DNA of 46,152 nucleotides, from assembly GCA_036648855.1 (NCBI GenBank), contig JAVWCU010000003.1, positions 1 to 46,152 on the forward strand, in the 5' to 3' direction. The notes beneath the pieces are model-generated. The model saw only the letters and a list, made by a program, of their open reading frames with translations. It made no database searches and had not been told where the DNA came from. This stretch comes from Bacilli bacterium. GTDB lineage: Bacteria; Bacillota_I; Bacilli_A; RF39; UBA660. Positions 1 to 10,488 of this stretch are shown here, piece by piece; position 1 is the first letter of the stretch, and every line of letters starts with the position of its first letter. Position numbers and translations under genes: made by a program.

Positions 1-80
1 AAAATTTAAATAGAAGAATTGTTTTAATTTTATAACTCTTATGATACAATTACCTTAGAATAAAATAAGAGGGTGACTGT

Positions 81-1736
81 GTGATAGAGAACATTCGGGT
101 AAATGTCTTAGGACAAACTATCGAGGTAAGTAAAGGGACAACTTTATTAGAAATAAGTAAAGCCTATCAAGATAAGTTTAAATATCAAATTTTAGTAGCA
201 TCAGTAAATGGTATATATCAGGAATTAACTGAAACAGTAGAAAAAAATAGTGAAATTGAATTTTTCGATTTGACTAATTCTTTTGCTAACAAAATGTATT
301 TAAATGCTTTAATTTATCTGACAATGTTTGCCTCTCGTGAATTATTTGGACCGAGTATTAATTTTAGGGTCCTTCATTCTATTGATAAAGGTCTTTATAT
401 AGAATCAAAAACAGCTTTAACAGAAGAGAATATTTTAGCTTTGGAAACAAAAATGCAAAATATAGTAAAACGGGAGATGTCTTTTACAAAACTAAATGTA
501 ACAAGGATAGATGCTATTAACTATTTTAAAAGTATTGGTGATACTTCTAAAGTTGAAATAATGAAGTATAATACCAACACTTATGTTACATTATATAAAC
601 TAGGAAATATGTATAGTTATTTTTATAGTTTAATGCCAGCAAATACAGAGTGTCTATCGGAATTTGCTTTAACTTATTTGGATGAATATGGTTTTGTTTT
701 AAGATTTCCAACAATTTATATGAAAGATGGAATTAAAGAATACCAGCATCGACCTAAGATTTTCGAAGTTTTCAAGGAATATAGAGAATGGGAATCAGTA
801 ATGCATCTAGACTCAGTTGGTCAATTAAATGAGCGCGTTTCGAGAGGAACTATAAGTGACTTGATTAGAATAGATGAGACTTTACAAAATGGGCGATTAC
901 TTTCAGTAGCCAGAGATATAGAAAATGCTCGTGAAGATAAAAAAATAATCTTAATAGCAGGTCCTTCATCATCTGGTAAAACAACTACTTGTCGTAAACT
1001 AGCTATGTACTTAAGAAGCTTCGGTATGAATCCTGTGATGATTTCTATGGATGATTACTTTGTTAATAGAGATGAAACACCAGTTGATGAGGATGGCAAT
1101 CCTGATTATGAAAGCCTAGATACTGTCGACTTGGCTCTATTTGATAAACAAATGAGTTCCTTACTTAAAGGGGAAGAAGTAACAATCCCTACATATAATT
1201 TTATTTTTGGCGTAAAAGAATTTAAGAAAAAATTAAAGCTAGGAACCAAAGATATTCTAATGATTGAGGGAATTCATGGACTTAATCCTAATATTTTAAC
1301 TAATATAGAAGCTAAGAAAAAATATAAAATATATTTATCTGCCTTGACATCACTGAATTTAGACTTGTGGAATAGAATATCTACTACGGATAATCGTCTA
1401 TTAAGACGAATTATTAGAGACAATCGAACTAGAGGTTATAGTGTTGATAAGACTTTAGCAGCATGGAGTAAAGTCCGAAAAGGAGAAGAAAAATATATAT
1501 TTCCATACCAAGATGATGCTGATTTTACTTTTAATACCGCTTTAATTTATGAATTAGGAGTATTAAAAACCTACGTAGAACCATTATTATACTCAGTTCC
1601 AACTTCTTCACCTTATTATGAAGAAGCTAAAAGATTGATAAATATTCTTAAAATGTTTTTACCAATTCCATCAGAAGATATTCCAGCAGATTCTATTATA
1701 AGAGAATTTATTGGACATAGTTGTTTTCAAGATTAA
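81..1736 (+). CDS. Uridine kinase-family nucleoside kinase with long N-terminal TGS/ThrRS-like extension
   Basis: 551-aa ORF with a GTG start just after an AAGAGGGTGA RBS. The C-terminal half has the P-loop GPSSSGKTT and uridine-kinase-like DDYF and IEGIHGLNP segments. Confidence 0.8.
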   Translation: MIENIRVNVLGQTIEVSKGTTLLEISKAYQDKFKYQILVASVNGIYQELTETVEKNSEIEFFDLTNSFANKMYLNALIYLTMFASRELFGPSINFRVLHSIDKGLYIESKTALTEENILALETKMQNIVKREMSFTKLNVTRIDAINYFKSIGDTSKVEIMKYNTNTYVTLYKLGNMYSYFYSLMPANTECLSEFALTYLDEYGFVLRFPTIYMKDGIKEYQHRPKIFEVFKEYREWESVMHLDSVGQLNERVSRGTISDLIRIDETLQNGRLLSVARDIENAREDKKIILIAGPSSSGKTTTCRKLAMYLRSFGMNPVMISMDDYFVNRDETPVDEDGNPDYESLDTVDLALFDKQMSSLLKGEEVTIPTYNFIFGVKEFKKKLKLGTKDILMIEGIHGLNPNILTNIEAKKKYKIYLSALTSLNLDLWNRISTTDNRLLRRIIRDNRTRGYSVDKTLAAWSKVRKGEEKYIFPYQDDADFTFNTALIYELGVLKTYVEPLLYSVPTSSPYYEEAKRLINILKMFLPIPSEDIPADSIIREFIGHSCFQD

Positions 1737-1887
1737 AAAGAAAGTTTCTTAGCCCAAAAAATTTTAACTATAGCTTTCTATTAACAAAAGTTTTAACTAT
1801 TTTACTTATAAAATAGAATAAATATAAAATAGTTAAAGGTAAGTAAAAATAGGGCTTACAAATACTATTATATAAGGAGATAATAAA

Positions 1888-2898
1888 ATGATAAAAGTAG
1901 CAATAAATGGTTTTGGCCGAATTGGGAGATTAGTTTTCCGTATAATGGACAGTGATCCTGATTTTGAAGTGGTTGCAATTAATGATTTAACAGATGCTGA
2001 GCAACTGGCTTATTTGTTAAAATACGATACTAATCATCGTAATTATAAAACAGATGAAATAACTTATACTGGTGATGAAATAATAGTTTCAAATAGGAAA
2101 ATAAAAGTATATGCTGAAAAAGATCCTAATGTACTACCTTGGAAAGAACTTGAAGTAGATGTTGTTATGGAATGTACCGGGATGTTTACTGATAAAGATA
2201 AAGCTTTTGCCCATATTAATGCCGGCGCTAAAAAGGTAGTTATTTCAGCTCCTGCTAAAGGAGATTTAAAGACTATTGTTTACAATGTTAACCATAATAT
2301 TCTAGATGGTACAGAACAAGTTATTTCTGCTGCATCATGTACTACCAACTGTTTAGCTCCTGTCTTAAGAGTTATTGATTATTACTTTAAAATTAAGAGT
2401 GGTTATATGACTACTATTCATGCTTATACTAACGATCAAGCAACACTTGATGTTCCACATAAAAAAGGTATAAAAGCTAGACGGGGTAGAGCAGCAGCCG
2501 CTAATATAATCCCCGCATCAACTGGAGCCGCTAGTGCAATAGGATTAGTGCTACCTAATTTAAAAGGTAAATTAGAGGGAACTGCTATGAGAGTTCCCGT
2601 TGCAACCGGTTCGGTTATTGATTTAACCTTAGAATTAGAAAAAAAAGCCTCAGTAACAGAAATAAATAAAGCTTTTGAAGTTAACACTAATGATACTTTA
2701 AAGTTTACTATGGATCCAGTGGTTTCTAGTGATATTATAGGCTCATCATGTGGTGCACTAGTAGATGGCTTATCTACTAATATTTTAGAAACTGAAACAT
2801 CTGCACTAGTAAAAATAGTAGCTTGGTACGATAATGAATATGGATATTCTGTTCAAATGGTTAGAACAGCTAAATACTTAATGGAGATTATGAAGTAA
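1888..2898 (+). CDS. gapA: Glyceraldehyde-3-phosphate dehydrogenase
   Basis: 336 aa. NAD-binding NGFGRIGR, catalytic SCTTNCLAP, C-terminal WYDNEYGYS. AAGGAG RBS. Confidence 0.97.
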   Translation: MIKVAINGFGRIGRLVFRIMDSDPDFEVVAINDLTDAEQLAYLLKYDTNHRNYKTDEITYTGDEIIVSNRKIKVYAEKDPNVLPWKELEVDVVMECTGMFTDKDKAFAHINAGAKKVVISAPAKGDLKTIVYNVNHNILDGTEQVISAASCTTNCLAPVLRVIDYYFKIKSGYMTTIHAYTNDQATLDVPHKKGIKARRGRAAAANIIPASTGAASAIGLVLPNLKGKLEGTAMRVPVATGSVIDLTLELEKKASVTEINKAFEVNTNDTLKFTMDPVVSSDIIGSSCGALVDGLSTNILETETSALVKIVAWYDNEYGYSVQMVRTAKYLMEIMK

Positions 2899-2963
2899 TT
2901 AATCATATTTATATACAAGACATAGACTCTTTGATATAATTAAATTATAGTTGAGGTGATTAT

Positions 2964-3383
2964 ATGGAACCGTTAAAAACTTCCTACTGTGGGTCAACAT
3001 TTATTATTGATCTAAATAAACAAAAAATTCTTTTGATTTATCATAAGAAATTTCAAAATTGGATTCAACCAGGTGGGCATTTAAAAGAGGGAGAATCTCC
3101 AGAAGAAGGAGCTATTCGTCAAGCCTATGAAGAAACTGGTGTAAGAGTAAAATTAGTATATCAGAAACCTTTTATGGTAGAAGAATACAATAATTTTGCC
3201 GGTAATATTATTGATTATCAATATGTAGCAGTCCCAGTTACAGATAATCAAACCCTCGTAAATAGCGAGGAAAGTTTTACTTTAGACTGGTTTAGTTTAG
3301 AAGAACTGGAACATATTCCAGTATTTCCCGATGTTAAAACTAAAGCTAAGATATTTTTAACACCAGGGTTTCATACTGAATAA
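2964..3383 (+). CDS. NUDIX hydrolase
   Basis: 139 aa with a NUDIX box GGHLKEGESPEEGAIRQAYEETGV (GX5EX7REUXEEXGU). Confidence 0.85.
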   Translation: MEPLKTSYCGSTFIIDLNKQKILLIYHKKFQNWIQPGGHLKEGESPEEGAIRQAYEETGVRVKLVYQKPFMVEEYNNFAGNIIDYQYVAVPVTDNQTLVNSEESFTLDWFSLEELEHIPVFPDVKTKAKIFLTPGFHTE

Positions 3384-3400
3384 AATGACAAAACTGTAAC

Positions 3401-3426
3401 AAGAGATTATACTTAATCTCTTTTAT
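3401..3426 (+). terminator. Rho-independent terminator after the NUDIX gene
   Basis: Stem AAGAGATTA / TAATCTCTT with a 4-nt loop TACT, followed by a T-run. Confidence 0.6.
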
Positions 3427-3483
3427 ATTGAGATTTTTATGCTATAATGTAAATAATTATATAAAAGTAAGGAGAATAATTCT

Positions 3484-4671
3484 ATGAAAAAAACAATTAG
3501 AGATTATAATCTTGAAAATAAGAAAGTGCTAATTAGATGTGATTTTAATGTGCCTCTGTCAAATGGCCAAATAACTGATGACAATAGAATAAAAGAGAGT
3601 CTTCCAACAATTAAATTTGCTATTGATCATCAAGCTAAAACTATTTTGTTATCTCATTTAGGTAGGGTTAAAGAAGAATCAGATTTAGCTAAAAACAATT
3701 TAGCTCCTATTGCAGACAGGTTAAGTAAATTATTATTACACCCCGTTATATTTTGCAATAAAACTAGAGGTATAGAACTAGAAAATGCTATTAATCTTAT
3801 GAATCCAGGGGATGTCCTTCTAATTCAAAATACTAGGTATGAAGATTTACATGATCAAAAAGAAAGTACTAATAATAAAGATTTAGCTAAGTATTGGGCT
3901 AGTCTTGGTGATATATTTATAAATGATGCTTTTGGTACTATTCATAGAAGTCATGCCTCTAATGTTGGAATAGGGGAGCTGTTACCAAATGGTATTGGAT
4001 TTTTAATTGAGAAAGAACTGAAGGCCCTAGAAGTTCTTAATCATCCTACTAGTCCTTTTATAGTTTTACTAGGTGGGGCTAAAGTAGCAGATAAAATAGG
4101 AGTTATAGAAAATTTCATCAAGAAAGCAGACAGTATAATTATTGGAGGAGGAATGGCCTTTACCTTTTTAAAAGCTAAGGGTTATGAAATAGGAAAGTCA
4201 TTAGTAGACCCTCAGAATATTGCCTTCGCTAAAGAAATGCTAGATCGTTATCCTAATAAAATAGTTCTACCTGTTGATGTTAATGTAACAACCGAGTTTA
4301 GTAATACTACCCCTAACCGCATTGCCTCTGTTAAGGAAATTAGCCCGACTGAAATGGGTATGGACTTAGGGCCAAATTCTATTCGTCATATTAAAACAAT
4401 TTTAACTGGTGCCAAATTAGTCTTATGGAATGGACCTTTAGGTGTATATGAAATGGATAAATATCAGTATGCTACTAAGGAAATACTAGAGTATTTAGCG
4501 AGTACCTCTACTTACACTGTTTTAGGTGGTGGAGACATAGTTGCCTCAGCAGGAGAATTAGGATATAAAGATAAGGTAAGTCATGCCTCAACCGGGGGAG
4601 GAGCAACACTAGAATACTTAGAAGGTAAAATTCTACCAGGGTTATCCATTATTAATGAAAGAGTAGAATAA
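3484..4671 (+). CDS. pgk: Phosphoglycerate kinase
   Basis: 395 aa. Has RCDFNVP, the NDAFGTIHRSHAS motif and C-terminal STGGGATLEYLEGK. AAGGAG RBS. TGnTATAAT extended -10 at 3440-3448. Confidence 0.97.
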   Translation: MKKTIRDYNLENKKVLIRCDFNVPLSNGQITDDNRIKESLPTIKFAIDHQAKTILLSHLGRVKEESDLAKNNLAPIADRLSKLLLHPVIFCNKTRGIELENAINLMNPGDVLLIQNTRYEDLHDQKESTNNKDLAKYWASLGDIFINDAFGTIHRSHASNVGIGELLPNGIGFLIEKELKALEVLNHPTSPFIVLLGGAKVADKIGVIENFIKKADSIIIGGGMAFTFLKAKGYEIGKSLVDPQNIAFAKEMLDRYPNKIVLPVDVNVTTEFSNTTPNRIASVKEISPTEMGMDLGPNSIRHIKTILTGAKLVLWNGPLGVYEMDKYQYATKEILEYLASTSTYTVLGGGDIVASAGELGYKDKVSHASTGGGATLEYLEGKILPGLSIINERVE

Positions 4672-4672
4672 T

Positions 4673-5149
4673 ATGCTTAGACTAGTATTAGCAACAAAAA
4701 AAGCTGATTTAGTAACTAATAATATTACGGATTTTACCTGTTCATTCTACGATAAACAAAATATTTTAGAGGCCTTAAGTAAATGTGAAAAAGCTATTGA
4801 AAGTGGGATTTACATAAGAAAGTGTTTATTTTTAGTTGAAAATAGTACTATTAAAATTGGTTGCTATTTAGATGCTGCTACAGATATTAAGTTTTGTACC
4901 TTAAATATTATTCAAGAAGAGGCAGAATATACTGAAGTTAATCAAATGCTAAAATTGGCTACCACTTATAGTCTAGATAATTTAATGATGGAAACAGTTT
5001 GTTTTCAAGCTCCAAAGGATAATAAAATATATTTAAATGCAGCCTTAGAAAATAATTTTTTGTTAGATGATTTAGAAGATAATCATACAGAAACAGTTTG
5101 CTATTTAAAAGACAGAACTTTAACTAATGCCAAAAACTCAATTAGATAG
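4673..5149 (+). CDS. Hypothetical protein (158 aa), translationally coupled to pgk
   Basis: The ATG lies 1 nt after the pgk stop. I recognise no motif. Coding status is inferred from length and tight packing. Confidence 0.55.
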   Translation: MLRLVLATKKADLVTNNITDFTCSFYDKQNILEALSKCEKAIESGIYIRKCLFLVENSTIKIGCYLDAATDIKFCTLNIIQEEAEYTEVNQMLKLATTYSLDNLMMETVCFQAPKDNKIYLNAALENNFLLDDLEDNHTETVCYLKDRTLTNAKNSIR

Positions 5150-5160
5150 GTGGATAAGAT

Positions 5161-6165
5161 ATGAAAAACATGAAAAAAAACGGAATTATATTAGGACTAA
5201 TAACCTTGGTAGTACTTTATTTTGTTTTAAAAGATAATTTTGCAGCAATTACTAGAGAGCTATTTAATAGTAATCCTTTGTGGATTATTGTATCTTTTTT
5301 AATAATTATATTATATTGCTTTTTTCAATCGCTAGCTATTCATGAAATTATTAAAAATTATGAACCAAAGTATAAATATAAAAAAAGTTTACAGTTATCT
5401 CTAATTACCAATTTCTTTAATGGAATCACTCCTTTTTCAACAGGAGGACAACCAATGCAGATTTATCTGCTTAAAAAGGATGGAATAAGAGTTACAAATG
5501 GTACTAATATAATTATTCAAAATTTCATTCTTTATCAACTAGCACTTGTTATATATGGCATAATATCCTTGTTTTTAAACTATCAATTTCACATTTTTGA
5601 AAATTTACCTGTTTTAGGTGGTATAATATTAATAGGATTCGCTATCAACACCTTAATCATGGTGGGACTTTTCATTATCAGTTTTGGTAAAAGATTAAAT
5701 AAATTTTTAGTTAAAATTGGTTTGAAAGTCCTAACAAAATTTAAACTGGTTAATAATACTGATAAACTTCATGATGAATGGAATGAAAGATGTGAGACAT
5801 TTCACAGTGGAGCAGTCTCACTAATAAAAAACTATAAAGTTTGTATTAAAGGTTTTATTTATCAGTTTTTAGGATTAACCTGCCTCTATATTTTACCTCT
5901 ATTTGTGTTTTATGCTTTAGGCAGTAAAAATATAAGTGCAATTGAGGCTATAACTTCATCAGCTTATGTCATGATTATTGGGTCTTTTGTTCCAATTCCA
6001 GGGGCAAGTGGAGGCATAGAATATGGATTCTTAAGATTTTTCGGGACTTTTATTAAAGATAGTGTATTATCCGCAGGATTACTTTTATGGAGATTTATTT
6101 CTTACTATTTATTAATGATAGTGGGAGGTATTGTTCTAAGCTTTAGAAAGGACATGGATAAATAA
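5161..6165 (+). CDS. Polytopic membrane protein, lysyl-phosphatidylglycerol-synthase-TM / flippase-like family
   Basis: 334 aa with about 8 hydrophobic segments and an FFNGITPFSTGGQPMQ-type motif typical of the LPG_synthase_TM (TIGR00374) family as I recall it. AGGTGGA RBS. Confidence 0.6.
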   Translation: MKNMKKNGIILGLITLVVLYFVLKDNFAAITRELFNSNPLWIIVSFLIIILYCFFQSLAIHEIIKNYEPKYKYKKSLQLSLITNFFNGITPFSTGGQPMQIYLLKKDGIRVTNGTNIIIQNFILYQLALVIYGIISLFLNYQFHIFENLPVLGGIILIGFAINTLIMVGLFIISFGKRLNKFLVKIGLKVLTKFKLVNNTDKLHDEWNERCETFHSGAVSLIKNYKVCIKGFIYQFLGLTCLYILPLFVFYALGSKNISAIEAITSSAYVMIIGSFVPIPGASGGIEYGFLRFFGTFIKDSVLSAGLLLWRFISYYLLMIVGGIVLSFRKDMDK

Positions 6166-7394
6166 TGAGAATAGGAATATTTACAGATACATATACCCCA
6201 TATATTAGTGGCCTAGTTACTAGTGAACTAATGTTAAAGCAAGCACTAGAAAAAAAAGGACATGTGGTATATGTAGTAACAGCTAATTTAGAAAATTTTA
6301 AATATGATTTTGATGAAGATGATAAAGTAATTAGAGTTCCAGGTATTCCTACTGGTATATATGATGCCAGATTAACAGGTATTTATCCGATTCAAGCTGT
6401 TAACAAAATTAAAAGTTGGCACCTAGATGTAATACATTCTCAATCAGAATTTGGCGTAGGAACATTTGCTAGAATTATTGCTAAACAGTTTAATATTCCT
6501 ATAGTACACACCTATCACACTATGTATGAAGATTATATTCACTATATAACCCACGGTCATTTTGATAAATCTAGTAAAAAACTAGTCGAATATTTAACCT
6601 TGTTTTATTGTGATAAAACTATTACAGAGTTAATTGTTCCTACTAAAAAAGCTTATGATTTATTTAAAGAAAAATATAATGTCCAAAGAAATATCCACAT
6701 CGTACCTACTGGTATTGAAACAGAAAGATTTTATGCAGAAAACATTCCGAGGAAAGATATAGTAGCAATCAAAAAGAAGTATAATATAACATCTAAAGAC
6801 TTTGTTTTTGTTTTTGTTGGTAGACTAGCTGAAGAAAAGAATATAGAATTTTTACTTGATATAACTAAAGATTTAGTTAAGGACTATCCTAATATGAAAT
6901 TATTAATTATTGGGGATGGACCAGATAAAGAAAAATATGAGGGAATTGTCTCTGCTAATCATAATGAAAACAATGTTATCTTTACTGGTAAAGTTCCGTG
7001 GGATACGGTACCTATCTATTACCAAGTAGCAGATATATTTATTACTGCATCCACTACCGAGACTCAAGGCTTAACTGTAATTGAGGCAATGGCGGGGAGT
7101 TTACCAGTTGTATGTATAGATGATGAAAGTTTTAGGAATGTAGTTATAGATGGTTTAAATGGAGAACTATTTAATAATAAAGAAGAAGCTAAAGCAAAGA
7201 TAATCAATTTATATCTTCATCCAGATGATAAAAAACAAATGGGTAAACAAGCTAGAATAAATGCAGATCGTTATAGTTCTAAATATTTTGCAGAAGCCGT
7301 TTTAGATGTTTACGAGATGGCTATTGATTCTAAGAAAAAAAGCAGGAACATTGTCATTAAGTTATGGGACAAAGTAAGGGGGAAAGACAAATGA
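6165..7394 (+). CDS. GT4-family glycosyltransferase (diacylglycerol glycolipid synthase-like)
   Basis: 409 aa. N-terminus MRIGIFTDTYTPYISG. GT-B EX7E-like region TETQGLTVIEAMAGSLPVV. The start overlaps the upstream stop (ATAATG). Confidence 0.8.
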   Translation: MRIGIFTDTYTPYISGLVTSELMLKQALEKKGHVVYVVTANLENFKYDFDEDDKVIRVPGIPTGIYDARLTGIYPIQAVNKIKSWHLDVIHSQSEFGVGTFARIIAKQFNIPIVHTYHTMYEDYIHYITHGHFDKSSKKLVEYLTLFYCDKTITELIVPTKKAYDLFKEKYNVQRNIHIVPTGIETERFYAENIPRKDIVAIKKKYNITSKDFVFVFVGRLAEEKNIEFLLDITKDLVKDYPNMKLLIIGDGPDKEKYEGIVSANHNENNVIFTGKVPWDTVPIYYQVADIFITASTTETQGLTVIEAMAGSLPVVCIDDESFRNVVIDGLNGELFNNKEEAKAKIINLYLHPDDKKQMGKQARINADRYSSKYFAEAVLDVYEMAIDSKKKSRNIVIKLWDKVRGKDK

Positions 7395-8098
7395 AAATAG
7401 TAGTAGCTAATCATAAAATGAATTTAACAGCATCTGAGATTTTAACATATGAAAAATATATTGAGGAACTAGATAAACCTAATCTTAAAATAGTAATTTG
7501 TCCAAGCATGTTATATTTATCTTCTTTTAAAATAGGATCTTGCAAATTAGGTAGTCAAAATGTGGCAGTTCAAGAGAAAACTAATTTAACAGGAGAAGTA
7601 TCGGCTAGACAACTTAAATCAGTAGGAGTAGCCTATTCAATCGTAGGACATTCTGAACGGAGAACTGCTCTATTAGAAACCAATGAAATGATAAGATCAA
7701 AAATTATTGAATTACATGCTCATAATATTATGCCAATTCTTTGTATAGGAGAAACGTTAATCGAAAAAAACAAAGAGTTAACCATTAAGGCTTTAGAAAA
7801 ACAAATTAGTGAATGCTTGAGAGATATAACTAAGCCTATTATTGTTGCCTATGAACCAGTGTGGGCTATAGGAACTGGCGTAACACCATCAAAAGAAGAA
7901 ATAGAGCAAACGGTATCGATTATTAGAATATTATTAGAAACTAATCGGCAACCAAATGCTAAAGTTTTATATGGCGGTAGCATTAATTATAAAACAATTA
8001 GTATGTTAGAAGAAATCAAAAAACTAGATGGATATTTAATAGGAGGAGCAAGTATCAACCCTAAGGAATTGGTCGAACTATTAAATATGATAAAATAA
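7391..8098 (+). CDS. tpiA: Triosephosphate isomerase
   Basis: NHKMN, VGHSERR and AYEPVWAIGTG motifs. I chose the ATG at 7391 (MKIVVANHK), which overlaps the GT4 stop as ATGA, rather than the ORF-track start at 7364. Confidence 0.95.
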   Translation: MKIVVANHKMNLTASEILTYEKYIEELDKPNLKIVICPSMLYLSSFKIGSCKLGSQNVAVQEKTNLTGEVSARQLKSVGVAYSIVGHSERRTALLETNEMIRSKIIELHAHNIMPILCIGETLIEKNKELTIKALEKQISECLRDITKPIIVAYEPVWAIGTGVTPSKEEIEQTVSIIRILLETNRQPNAKVLYGGSINYKTISMLEEIKKLDGYLIGGASINPKELVELLNMIK

Positions 8099-8174
8099 GG
8101 AAGGTAACTTCTTTTTTTATGAAAAACTTTTAATAATTATATAAATGAGTGATCTATAATGAGCAAATATACTA

Positions 8175-8201
8175 TTCGACATTAATCTCCATAATTCGAC
8201 A
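8175..8201 (-). promoter_or_regulatory. Two perfect Spo0A boxes (TGTCGAA on the minus strand) upstream of spo0A
   Basis: TTCGACA occurs at 8175-8181 and 8195-8201, 20 bp apart centre to centre. They lie about 95-120 bp upstream of the spo0A start. TATAAT elements follow at 8223-8228 and 8255-8260. Confidence 0.55.
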
Positions 8202-8294
8202 AATAGAGACAAAACTAGTGCATATAATTTGTTTATTTTTGTTAGTTTATCATGTATAATGATAATTGCGTGGTAGTAAGAAAGGACAAAAAGT

Positions 8295-9068
8295 ATGCAA
8301 AAAGTTAAAGTTCTAATGATCGACGATAATGTTGATTTAGTAACTATGATCGAGGAGTACTTCAATAATCACGCTACTATTGAGCTAGCATTATCAGCCC
8401 ATAATGGCGAAGAAGGTATGCAGTTAATTGAGTCAAGGCAAAAAGACTATGATGTAATTATTTTAGATCTTATTATGCCTAAAAAAGATGGACTAGATGT
8501 TTTAGAGGAAATGAGAAGTAAAAACTTATCTAAAAAAATAATTGTTTTAACTTCATATAATGCTCCAGAGATGATTCGTAAAGTATCAGAGTTTGGAGTC
8601 AATTTCTTTATTTTAAAACCATTTGAATTATCAGAATTAGAAAAAAGAATAAATGATTGTGTCACAGATACAAAGTTTAGTAATAAAAATATAGATGTTT
8701 ATCACAATAACTTACAAATATCAGTTACTAAAATACTCCATGAACTAGGAGTACCCTCTCACATTAAAGGTTATCAGTATATTAGAGAAGGAATAGGAAT
8801 TCTCTATGAAAGACCTGATGTAGTGGGAGGCATAACTAAAGAACTATATCCCGAGTTAGCCAAGAAATTTGATACGACAGTATCCAGAGTAGAAAGAGCA
8901 ATTAGACATGCCATCGAGGTTAGCTGGAATCGTGGTAACTGGCAACTAATGGAAGATATTTTTGGACACAGTGTTGATATAGATAAGGCTAAGCCAACCA
9001 ATTCAGAATTTATTGTAACAGTTGCAGATAAATTACGACTAGAATTTCATAAGGTTGGTAGCAAATAG
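8295..9068 (+). CDS. spo0A: Sporulation master response regulator Spo0A
   Basis: 257 aa. Receiver domain ([16 protein letters not shown]). The C-terminal effector domain is near-identical to the Spo0A signature: [48 protein letters not shown]. Confidence 0.97.
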   Translation: MQKVKVLMIDDNVDLVTMIEEYFNNHATIELALSAHNGEEGMQLIESRQKDYDVIILDLIMPKKDGLDVLEEMRSKNLSKKIIVLTSYNAPEMIRKVSEFGVNFFILKPFELSELEKRINDCVTDTKFSNKNIDVYHNNLQISVTKILHELGVPSHIKGYQYIREGIGILYERPDVVGGITKELYPELAKKFDTTVSRVERAIRHAIEVSWNRGNWQLMEDIFGHSVDIDKAKPTNSEFIVTVADKLRLEFHKVGSK

Positions 9069-9071
9069 GCT

Positions 9072-9103
9072 AATAGATAAGTCTATTTTTTCTGACTTAT
9101 TTT
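9072..9103 (+). terminator. Probable terminator after spo0A
   Basis: AATAGA/TCTATT hairpin followed by a T-run. An alternative ATAAGTC/GACTTAT stem is also possible. Confidence 0.45.
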
Positions 9104-9142
9104 CCGTATAAATACTTATTATTTTAATAATTATACATTTGA

Positions 9143-9171
9143 TTGACTATTAATTTCACCTGTATTATACT
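9143..9171 (+). promoter_or_regulatory. Sigma-A-type promoter for the AAA ATPase gene
   Basis: TTGACT, 17 bp spacer, TATACT. Confidence 0.5.
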
Positions 9172-9206
9172 TTATTTATGATATTAATGTATGGAGGTCA
9201 CTATTT

Positions 9207-10478
9207 ATGGAACGAAAAATAATAAACGACTTAAATCGGTGGAAAAGGGATTCTAATCGTAAACCATTGCTCATATATGGAAATAAGCAAGTTGGCAAAA
9301 CATATACAGTCTTAGAGTTTGGAGAAACTGCATATAAAACTACAGCTTACTTTGATTGCTCTAATAATTTAGAACTGTTTGATATGTTTAAAAGAGAAAA
9401 ATCTTTAGACAAAATAATTTTAAAATTGTCTTTAATGGTAGGAGAACAAATCCTTAAACAGGATACTCTAATAATATTTGATAATGTCAAAGAACTAGAA
9501 CTGGTTAAAGTTATTAAAAGAATTTCTAAAGAAGCAATTGATTATCATATTATTATGATTACTTCTGATAAAGAAAAACTTACTTCTTTTAAGGGCGATG
9601 AGTTTCAATTTAAATATATGTTTTCCATGGATTTTGAAGAATATTTAAAAGCTATTAAACAAGATCAATTGATAGATTTCATCAAAGATTCTTATAAAAA
9701 TAATAAAGCCATGCCTTTTCATAACATAGCTATTGACTATTATGAGAATTATCTAATGACAGGCGGGCTACCAGAGGCTATTCTTACTTCTCTAGATAAG
9801 AGTGATACCTATTTAAATATGATTCATCATAAAGTGATAGATACATATCAAAAAGAGTTTTTAAATATGCCTGTTCTTATTGATGTAACTAGAGCTATAG
9901 AAGTTTTTAACATTGTTCCATATCAACTATTAAAACCTAATAAGAAATTTCAATACGGCTTAATAACACCAGGAAGTAGAGCCAAAGAATATGAAAATGC
10001 CATTTCTTTTTTAAACATAAATGGTTACTTAAATAAAGCCTACCGGGTTACCGATGTTAAATCTCCACTTAGTAAACATAAAGATAACGAGAGTTTTAAA
10101 TTATATATGAATGATACAGGTCTATTATTTAATACCCTTCATTTAAATAAAATAAGATTTTTAAGTGATGATAGGTTAAAATATATTATGTATGAAAATG
10201 CTATAGCTAGTAATATTGTAGCCAGTGGGTATAACCTCTATTATTATCAATCTGAGGGCAAAGCAGAAATATCTTTTGTAGTTCAGACTCGTAACGGAAA
10301 AATAATTCCGATTGAACTGGTTAATAAAAACATTGCTAAATCAAAGTCGTTAGCCTTATTTATGAATAAATACCAGGTAGAAGAGGCTATTAGAGTTACA
10401 GAAGATAACTTTAGTTTTAAAAAAGGTGTTAAATATATTCCTATTTATGCTACTTTCTGTTTTAAAGAGAACCTGTAA
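9207..10478 (+). CDS. AAA-family ATPase (AAA_14 + DUF4143 type)
   Basis: 423 aa. Walker A GNKQVGKT and Walker B-like LIIFDNV. The N-terminus [25 protein letters not shown] is typical of this orphan ATPase family. Confidence 0.75.
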   Translation: MERKIINDLNRWKRDSNRKPLLIYGNKQVGKTYTVLEFGETAYKTTAYFDCSNNLELFDMFKREKSLDKIILKLSLMVGEQILKQDTLIIFDNVKELELVKVIKRISKEAIDYHIIMITSDKEKLTSFKGDEFQFKYMFSMDFEEYLKAIKQDQLIDFIKDSYKNNKAMPFHNIAIDYYENYLMTGGLPEAILTSLDKSDTYLNMIHHKVIDTYQKEFLNMPVLIDVTRAIEVFNIVPYQLLKPNKKFQYGLITPGSRAKEYENAISFLNINGYLNKAYRVTDVKSPLSKHKDNESFKLYMNDTGLLFNTLHLNKIRFLSDDRLKYIMYENAIASNIVASGYNLYYYQSEGKAEISFVVQTRNGKIIPIELVNKNIAKSKSLALFMNKYQVEEAIRVTEDNFSFKKGVKYIPIYATFCFKENL

Positions 10479-10488
10479 AGGAGAAAAG

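Noticed and set aside
1755-1800. A direct repeat CAAAA(A/G)(A)TTTTAACTAT occurring twice ~30 bp apart upstream of gapA, considered as a possible operator.
   Set aside because: It is short and very AT-rich in an AT-rich intergenic region, so chance is plausible. It has no resemblance to the known CggR operator.
8117-8365. An 82-aa minus-strand ORF spanning the tpiA-spo0A intergenic region.
   Set aside because: It would start inside the spo0A coding sequence and has no RBS. The region is better explained as the spo0A promoter with its 0A boxes.
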